Positions 18,156 through 24,000 of a DNA stretch of 24,000 nucleotides are shown piece after piece. The stretch's first letter is position 1, and every line of letters starts with the position of its first letter. The notes beneath the pieces were generated by a model that was not told where the DNA came from, did not search any database, and worked only from the letters and a program-made list of their open reading frames with translations. Source of the stretch: Heyndrickxia faecalis (lineage in GTDB: Bacteria; Bacillota; Bacilli; Bacillales; Bacillaceae_C); the NCBI RefSeq assembly GCF_018101145.1, contig NZ_JAGQEI010000001.1. The stretch is one strand, 5' to 3'. The translations under genes were made by a program, and so were the position numbers.

Positions 18156-19059
18156 AAAGACAATTTTACAAGACTTGCGTTCGCTCATTTATCCGCGTCA
18201 AATTCTGGAAGATGAACCGTTAAGCAAATATACATTTACAAAAACAGGGGGAAAAGCGGATATTTTGATTTTCCCCGAGACATATGAAGAAGTGCAGAAG
18301 ACGGTCCGTTTTGCCTCTCTGAACGGCGTGCCGTACACGATCCTCGGCAACGGCTCCAATCTGATCATCAAAGACGGCGGCATCAGGGGAATTGTGCTGA
18401 TTCTGACTAGATTAGCGAAAATATCGCATACAGGCAATGACATTACAGCCCAGTGTGGTGCAGCCATTATCGATGTTTCGCGCTATGCTTTAAAGCAAAA
18501 GCTGACAGGGCTTGAGTTCGCCTGCGGGATACCGGGATCTGTCGGCGGTGCGCTGTATATGAATGCGGGGGCGTATGGCGGGGAAGTCAAAGATGTTCTG
18601 AAAAGCGCGCTTGTCCTGACCAAAACAGGCGAGATGAAAAGGCTTGAAAAAAGCGATTTGTCCTTCCAGTACAGGAAAAGTTCCATTGCGGAAAATGGGG
18701 AGATTGCGCTTGAAGGGACGTTCAGCCTGGAGCCGGGCGACGCACAGGAGATCAAAGCCAAAATGGATGAATTGACTGATCTCAGGGAATCGAAACAGCC
18801 ACTTGAATATCCATCGTGCGGCAGCGTGTTTAAAAGGCCGCCCGGCTATTTTGCAGGGAAACTGATCCAGGACAGCGGGCTCCAGGGGAAACGCATCGGG
18901 GGCGTCGAGGTTTCGACAAAGCATGCCGGGTTTATGGTGAATGTCGGCGGCGGAACGGCAACGGATTATATGAATTTGATCAAATTTGTCCAAAAAACGG
19001 TAAAAGAAAAATTTGGGGTAGATCTTGAGACAGAAGTAAAAATTATCGGGGAAGATTAA
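18148..19059 (+). CDS. murB: UDP-N-acetylenolpyruvoylglucosamine reductase
   Basis: [84 protein letters not shown]. Confidence 0.95.
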   Translation: MAEKTILQDLRSLIYPRQILEDEPLSKYTFTKTGGKADILIFPETYEEVQKTVRFASLNGVPYTILGNGSNLIIKDGGIRGIVLILTRLAKISHTGNDITAQCGAAIIDVSRYALKQKLTGLEFACGIPGSVGGALYMNAGAYGGEVKDVLKSALVLTKTGEMKRLEKSDLSFQYRKSSIAENGEIALEGTFSLEPGDAQEIKAKMDELTDLRESKQPLEYPSCGSVFKRPPGYFAGKLIQDSGLQGKRIGGVEVSTKHAGFMVNVGGGTATDYMNLIKFVQKTVKEKFGVDLETEVKIIGED

Positions 19060-19063
19060 AAAA

Positions 19064-19107
19064 TATCCCGGTTCTTTTGCATGTAGCAAAGGAATCGGGA
19101 TGTTTTT
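19064..19107. terminator. Bidirectional terminator after murB
   Basis: ATCCCGGTTCTTTTGC-ATGTA-GCAAAGGAATCGGGAT with flanking A and T tracts, between convergent genes. Confidence 0.65.
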
Positions 19108-19451
19108 CATCCTTTCCGGCGGATATCGGTTAACCGGTTTCCACGGTATTTGATGTACACTTGGTCGCCAATATTAAAATTTAAATACGTATCGCAGTCG
19201 ATCGCAAGCGTTTTGCCGTTATTGAATGCGATCGCGCAATACGGTTTTGTCGTTGTTGGTGCCACTTTTATTTTTCGCTTTGTTTTCACACCGGTTGCAA
19301 CCGGCATTTCTTTCCGGTTGGGCGTGTAAAATTTATCGATAATCTTTACGCGCTGATAGCTTACCGGGCGCTGAAAAAAGATCAATCCTGCAAGCACGGC
19401 CAGACAGATGATGAATAAAGCCAGTTTCCATTTCAGTTTTTCCATTGTCAT
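19107..19451 (-). CDS. Hypothetical protein with an N-terminal membrane anchor
   Basis: WKLALFIICLAVLAGLIFF anchor followed by a small basic extracellular-type domain (KPYCAIAFNNGKTLAIDCDTYLNFNIGDQVYIKYRG). RBS present. Confidence 0.6.
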   Translation of the reverse strand: MTMEKLKWKLALFIICLAVLAGLIFFQRPVSYQRVKIIDKFYTPNRKEMPVATGVKTKRKIKVAPTTTKPYCAIAFNNGKTLAIDCDTYLNFNIGDQVYIKYRGNRLTDIRRKG

Positions 19452-19612
19452 CCCTCTACTCCCAGAACGTCTCTATGAATATCTTTATGGGGCTCTTCAT
19501 TAAAATATGTATATACCACAATCAAATGCTTTTTTAACCGAATCTTTTTTGAAACTTTTTAAGGCCAGTTTCGTATATGGATTAGACTCGTTTAGCAGAA
19601 AGTAGGGATGTT

Positions 19613-20551
19613 ATGAGTGAAATGGCGCTCTCGGTCAAAGGGATTACAAAACAAATCCGCTCGCGCAAAATTGTGGACCAGGTCAGTTTTGAAGTGAAAA
19701 AAGGTGAGGTTTTCGGCCTTCTCGGTCCAAACGGCGCCGGTAAAACAACGATTATCCGGATGATTGTTTCATTGATGAAACGCACAAGCGGGGAAATCTT
19801 TATTAACGGCAAAAGCCTTGATAAAGATTTCAAAGGGGCTTTGAATGAAATCGGCGCGATCGTTGAAAATCCGGAATTTTATCCGTACATGACCGGCTAT
19901 CAAAATCTCGTCCACTATAAGAGAATGTCAAGGAAACCCGTTTCCGAAGAGAGATTATGGGAAGTCGCAAAGCTTGTCAAACTGGAAGATGCCCTTAAAC
20001 AAAAAGTCAAAACGTATTCGTTGGGAATGCGGCAGCGGCTCGGGGTTGCCCAGGCGATTTTGCACCAGCCTTCGTTATTGATCCTTGATGAGCCGACAAA
20101 CGGCCTTGACCCGCAAGGCATCCGCGAATTCAGGGGCTATTTGCGGGAGCTGGCAGGAAGCGGGGTATCTGTCCTCGTTTCCTCGCACCTGCTTTCAGAA
20201 ATGGAACTGATGTGCGACCGTTATGCCATTATTGAAAAAGGAAAACTGATCCATATTGAAACGATGGCAGAAACGACAACGGTAAAACAGGATGACCGCC
20301 GCGATATCTTGTTTGCAACGGATGACAGCGAAAGCGCGAAGCAGACGGTGGAGAAACAGCTCCATTTTCCGGTTTCCATTGTCGATGATACGCGTATTTT
20401 GGTTTCGGCAGCTTACAAAGACGCAGCCGTTATCAACGCAACATTGGTAGGAAGCGGCTGCAACGTCTATGAAATTCATTTTGAAAAGAAAACGCTGGAA
20501 GACCGTTTCCTTGAACTCACGAATCATACAACAGGGGAGGAAAATCAATGA
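19613..20551 (+). CDS. ABC transporter ATP-binding protein (BcrA/YhcH-like family)
   Basis: Walker A GLLGPNGAGKTTI, signature YSLGMRQRLGVAQAIL, Walker B LLILDEPTNGLDPQG. Confidence 0.92.
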   Translation: MSEMALSVKGITKQIRSRKIVDQVSFEVKKGEVFGLLGPNGAGKTTIIRMIVSLMKRTSGEIFINGKSLDKDFKGALNEIGAIVENPEFYPYMTGYQNLVHYKRMSRKPVSEERLWEVAKLVKLEDALKQKVKTYSLGMRQRLGVAQAILHQPSLLILDEPTNGLDPQGIREFRGYLRELAGSGVSVLVSSHLLSEMELMCDRYAIIEKGKLIHIETMAETTTVKQDDRRDILFATDDSESAKQTVEKQLHFPVSIVDDTRILVSAAYKDAAVINATLVGSGCNVYEIHFEKKTLEDRFLELTNHTTGEENQ

Positions 20552-21495
20552 TCGCTTTAATCCGAAATGAATGGATGAAAATATTTGCCCGGAAAAGCGC
20601 ATGGGTCTATATGCTCCTGATTGTCGCGTTCGTGCTAATTGCTGCACTGTTTTACAATAAGGTGTACGGCAAAGACGATCCAAACTGGCGTACGAAAATC
20701 GAGAAAGAAATCAAAGCGGATGAGGCGCTAATGAAAAAGGATCCTGAACAATACGCGGACCTTGCGCCAACCATCCAAAAAAACCAAGATTATTTGAAAT
20801 ACAATATCAATCCGGATGCCCATTCAAACTGGCATTTCATGAACAATGTGGTCATTCCGCTCGGTTCATTTGTCACCTTGTTCAGTGTGATCGTTGGGAG
20901 CGCCAACGTTTCATCGGAATTTGCATCCGGGACGATTAAGCAACTGATGATCCGCCCGCATGCGAGATGGAAAATTTTGCTGTCCAAATACATTGCTGTC
21001 ACAGCCTATGCGGTATTGCTGCTTGCCGTTCTGCTTATAGCCGGCTATTTGATTGGCCTTCTTTTTCAGGGATCCGGCAGTTTCCATATGAAAATGATAG
21101 AAAATACTGTGGGTGACAGCCAATATAAAATTAAAGAAATCGGACCGCAATTTTTCCTGAAATTTGCCCTTTATTTGCCGAGCCTTGTCATGGTAAGCGC
21201 GATTGCGTTCATGCTTTCGACCTTGTTCAAGAGTCAGGCTCTGGCTGTTGGAATCGGCATTTTTGCCCTGTTTATCACAAACACACTGGGTGGGATTATT
21301 CTATTTCTGATGAACCGGTACCATTGGCTGAAATTCCTGATTTTCCCGCATTTGGACTTGTCTGTTTATGCGTACCAGGATAAACTTACAGACGGTGTCA
21401 CCTTGCCGTTTTCATTAATCACGCTTGCTGTTTATTATGTCGTTTTTATGACCTTGACCTTTTGGTATTTTCAAAAACGCGACATTGCGTTTTGA
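20548..21495 (+). CDS. ABC-2 type transporter permease
   Basis: ATG overlaps the end of the ATPase gene. N-terminal helix, extracytoplasmic loop, VIVGSANVSSEFASGTIKQLMIRPHARWKILLSKYI motif and several more transmembrane helices. Confidence 0.88.
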   Translation: MIALIRNEWMKIFARKSAWVYMLLIVAFVLIAALFYNKVYGKDDPNWRTKIEKEIKADEALMKKDPEQYADLAPTIQKNQDYLKYNINPDAHSNWHFMNNVVIPLGSFVTLFSVIVGSANVSSEFASGTIKQLMIRPHARWKILLSKYIAVTAYAVLLLAVLLIAGYLIGLLFQGSGSFHMKMIENTVGDSQYKIKEIGPQFFLKFALYLPSLVMVSAIAFMLSTLFKSQALAVGIGIFALFITNTLGGIILFLMNRYHWLKFLIFPHLDLSVYAYQDKLTDGVTLPFSLITLAVYYVVFMTLTFWYFQKRDIAF

Positions 21496-21520
21496 TACAA
21501 CGGGTAAATTCAGGTACAAT
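21492..21520 (+). promoter_or_regulatory. Candidate SigA promoter
   Basis: TTGATA (21492-21497), exactly 17 nt, TACAAT (21515-21520). Confidence 0.6.
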
Positions 21521-21539
21521 GGCTGTAAAAGGCCGGGTG

Positions 21540-21579
21540 AAGGAGGGATCTGCCAGAGCAGGTCTCTCTTTGCTTTTTT
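21540..21579 (+). terminator. Intrinsic terminator (or attenuator) upstream of the VanZ-family gene
   Basis: GAGGGATCTGC-CAGA-GCAGGTCTCTC, 11 contiguous pairs including G-U, extendable to about 14 and followed by TTTGCTTTTTT. Confidence 0.75.
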
Positions 21580-21677
21580 AAAGCGGCGGACGCATCAGGC
21601 TGTACGGGCGGCGCATAGCGTGTGCACCCGCCGAATAGGATGATAATGGGGGCTTGCCCGGACCGCTGGAGGATGAT

Positions 21678-22142
21678 ATGGGAAAAAATAACCGGAAAAA
21701 AATCAATGCGGCCGTTTTGTTCATTTTCATTGTGTATGCTGCTTATTTAGCGGAACTTTTGTTCTTTATCCCGTACCGCCATGCGCCCAATTCTGCCAGC
21801 CAAAATATCATTCCGTTTAAAACGATCCGAATGTATATCCTTTATTACCGTTACTTTCAATTTGAAGTCTGGTTTTCCAATCTGTTTGGGAATATTTTCA
21901 TGTTTATGCCGTTCGGGTTTTTCCTGCCCTTTCTTTTCAGGCGGCTGAGAAAGGTCTGGATAATGGGATTGCTGTCGTTTTTGGCATCGGCTTTGGTGGA
22001 AACCATTCAAGGATATTTCCATGTCGGAGGTTTTGATGTGGATGATATTTTGCTGAATACAACGGGTGGATTGTGCGGTTACGGTATCTTTTTACTGGTC
22101 CGCAAGCTTGTGAAAAAAATCAAAATTGAGATTTGGCGTTAA
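21678..22142 (+). CDS. VanZ-family membrane protein
   Basis: LLFFIPYRHAPNSASQNIIPFKTIRMY...NLFGNIFMFMPFGFFLPFLFRRLR...LVETIQGYFHVGGFDVDDILLNTTGG. ATG at 21678 behind CTGGAGG. The track TTG start at 21654 is less likely. Confidence 0.88.
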   Translation: MGKNNRKKINAAVLFIFIVYAAYLAELLFFIPYRHAPNSASQNIIPFKTIRMYILYYRYFQFEVWFSNLFGNIFMFMPFGFFLPFLFRRLRKVWIMGLLSFLASALVETIQGYFHVGGFDVDDILLNTTGGLCGYGIFLLVRKLVKKIKIEIWR

Positions 22143-22222
22143 ATATGCATAAGAAAAGCCCTGCGGTGAAAATCTAACGAGGACCAATCAATGGCCGGCC
22201 TGTAAAAGGGGGGAAGTATGCA

Positions 22223-22672
22223 TTGGATGAAGAAAAACTGGTCCGATTTTTAAACCAGGAACTTTCAAATTTTACAGTGCTTTATATCAAACTGCACCGT
22301 TACCACTGGTATATTCAGGGAAAAAACTTTTTCACGCTCCATGCTTATTTTGAAGATTTGTACCGGTCATTTTCAAAACAAATGGATGTGCTTGCCGAAA
22401 GAATTTTGGCAATCGGGGGACGGCCGCTTGCGACCATGTCGAAATTCCTTGACCAGAAGACGCTTGTTGAAGCGAGCGCGGATAATGAAGAGGGCGAACT
22501 GCTGCAGCAATTAAGGGAGGATTTGGCGCAGTTGGCAAAGGAAATCCGGGAAACGGGGATTCCGCTGGCGGAAGAAAACAAGGACAATGCCACCGTCAAT
22601 CTGCTCACCCGTTTTCTGACCCGGTTTGACAAAGATATTTGGATGCTGGATGCGATGGCGGACAAACGGTAA
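22223..22672 (+). CDS. Dps/ferritin-like DNA-binding stress protein
   Basis: ELSNFTVLYIKLHRYHWYIQGKNFFTLHAYFEDLYRSFSKQMDVLAERILAIGGRPLATM contains the Dps ferroxidase-type pattern (H..HW...G..FF.LH..FE..Y). Confidence 0.9.
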   Translation: MDEEKLVRFLNQELSNFTVLYIKLHRYHWYIQGKNFFTLHAYFEDLYRSFSKQMDVLAERILAIGGRPLATMSKFLDQKTLVEASADNEEGELLQQLREDLAQLAKEIRETGIPLAEENKDNATVNLLTRFLTRFDKDIWMLDAMADKR

Positions 22673-22720
22673 ATGCCGCTGCTTTTTTCCTAAGCCGTGA
22701 AAAAGCAGCGGCAAATAAAA

Positions 22721-22753
22721 AAACAGCCTTTCCATTTGATGGAAGGGCTGTTT
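22721..22753. terminator. Bidirectional terminator between the dps-like gene and mntH
   Basis: AAAAAAACAGCCTTTCCAT-TTG-ATGGAAGGGCTGTTT. Confidence 0.8.
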
Positions 22754-22757
22754 CACT

Positions 22758-23966
22758 TTATATAAATGTATCAATCAAAAGGAACAGATTCAGGCATACG
22801 ACGAATCCTGCCACGATCCACGAGATGATGCTCGTTATCCGGTGGTTCACCAGTTCACCCATGATCTGTCTGTTGCTCGTGAACAGAATCAGCGGGACAA
22901 GGGCAAAGATGATCCCGAATGAGAGAATGACCTGGCTTATTACAAGCGCGCTTGTCGGGTTGGTGCCCATCATGATAATGAGAAGCGGCGGGATCATTGT
23001 GATCGCACGGCGCAAATAAAGATTGATCCGTTTGTTGATAAACCCTTGCATGACGACATCACCGGATAATGTGCCGACAGAGGAGCTGGAAAGCCCTGCA
23101 ATCAAAAGGCCAAGGCCGAAAGAGATCGCCGCTGCCGGTCCGATATGGGTGTAGAACTCACGAAACGCGACATCCAGATCTTCCACGACAAGGCCGTTTT
23201 TATAAAATACACTGGACGCAATCACAAGCATGCTCATATTGATGGCCCCGGCGATCACCATTGCGATGATGATGTCGATCAATTCAAATTTGAAAATTTT
23301 TCTTTTTTCCAGCTCGTTTTTTCCGACGATTCTGTTTTGCGTCAATGAAGAGTGCAAATAGATGGCATGGGGCATGACGGTGGCGCCGAGAATGCCGGCA
23401 GCCAGGACAATGCTTTGGATGCCATCGAATTTTGGCGTGACAATCCCACCGAATACTTTTACCCATTCCGGTTTTGCCAGAAATGTTTGCAAAGCAAAAG
23501 CGAGCACGACAATCATCACAAGGGCGGCAATCACTGCCTCAAACGATCGGTAGCCGCGGCGCTGCAATTCGAGGATAGCAAACGATCCGACTGCTGTAAT
23601 CAATGCGGCCGGCAAAAGCGGAAGGCCGAAAATTAAATACAGGCCTAAAGCTGCGCCGATAAATTCTGCCAAATCTGTTGCAATAATGACTAACTCACTT
23701 TGAATCCATAAAAAGATCGACACCGGTTTTGGAAAATGGTCATGTGCCACTTCCGGCAAATTTTTCCCGGTTGCAATGCCGAGCTTTGCGGAAAGGGACT
23801 GGATTAAAACGGCCATTAAGTTTGAAAAGGCAATGACCCAAAGCAGCATATAGCCGTATTTCGATCCTGCCGTAATATTGGTGGCAAAATTACCGGGATC
23901 GATATAAGCAACGCCTGCAATGAAGGCCGGGCCTAGGAAAGGCAAAATCCGTTTTAACCCTTTCAC
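22758..23966 (-). CDS. mntH: Nramp-family divalent metal (Mn2+) transporter
   Basis: GPAFIAGVAYIDPGNFATNITAGSKYGY (Nramp TM1 DPGN), QSELVIIATDLAEFIGAALGL, GATVMPHAIYLHSSL (MPH motif). GTG start at 23966 behind GGGGGGAT. Confidence 0.94.
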   Translation of the reverse strand: MKGLKRILPFLGPAFIAGVAYIDPGNFATNITAGSKYGYMLLWVIAFSNLMAVLIQSLSAKLGIATGKNLPEVAHDHFPKPVSIFLWIQSELVIIATDLAEFIGAALGLYLIFGLPLLPAALITAVGSFAILELQRRGYRSFEAVIAALVMIVVLAFALQTFLAKPEWVKVFGGIVTPKFDGIQSIVLAAGILGATVMPHAIYLHSSLTQNRIVGKNELEKRKIFKFELIDIIIAMVIAGAINMSMLVIASSVFYKNGLVVEDLDVAFREFYTHIGPAAAISFGLGLLIAGLSSSSVGTLSGDVVMQGFINKRINLYLRRAITMIPPLLIIMMGTNPTSALVISQVILSFGIIFALVPLILFTSNRQIMGELVNHRITSIISWIVAGFVVCLNLFLLIDTFI

Positions 23967-24000
23967 ATCCCCCCGTAGTACAGCTTGTGCGCTCGTTGTA

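Noticed and set aside
19613-21495. Bacteriocin or lantibiotic immunity/export system around the ABC pair
   Set aside because: The ATPase resembles the BcrA-type family, but no precursor peptide, modification enzyme, two-component system or regulator is adjacent. It is most simply a generic ABC-2 exporter.
1-24000. Mobile elements, prophage, toxin-antitoxin or defence island
   Set aside because: No transposase, integrase, terminal inverted repeats, tRNA-flanked insertion, or recognisable defence or toxin genes were found on either strand. Gene content is mainly core metabolism and transport.

Overview
This 24 kb window looks like an ordinary Bacillaceae-type chromosomal segment. Protein sequences and regulatory layout resemble Bacillus or a Heyndrickxia/Weizmannia-like genome; this is inferred from recognised families, not from a search. 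It holds about 22 convincing protein-coding genes: tnrA, a membrane-anchored C39-like peptidase, rpiA, nrnB-like DHH phosphoesterase, ndh (NDH-2) with a DUF1641 partner, proB-proA behind a proline T-box, a CTCC-motif permease, a metallophosphoesterase, selD-mnmH, a Met/Gly/Tyr/Pro-rich small protein, a decayed FAD-linked oxidase, a frameshifted fabG-like SDR with two MaoC-like genes, gnd, a DUF1450 protein, a small membrane protein, murB, an ABC exporter pair, a VanZ-family gene, a Dps-like gene and mntH. I see no CRISPR array, IS element, rRNA/tRNA, defence island or convincing new multi-gene system. The observations most worth a second look are regulatory or evolutionary: a near-consensus TnrA box placed about 50 bp upstream of the predicted tnrA start site; Rex-like half-sites in perfect inversion 32 bp apart upstream of the DUF1641-ndh operon; a promoter, intrinsic terminator and structured leader ahead of the VanZ gene; a low-complexity putative spore-layer protein behind a SigK/SigE-like -10; and frameshifts in two adjacent genes.
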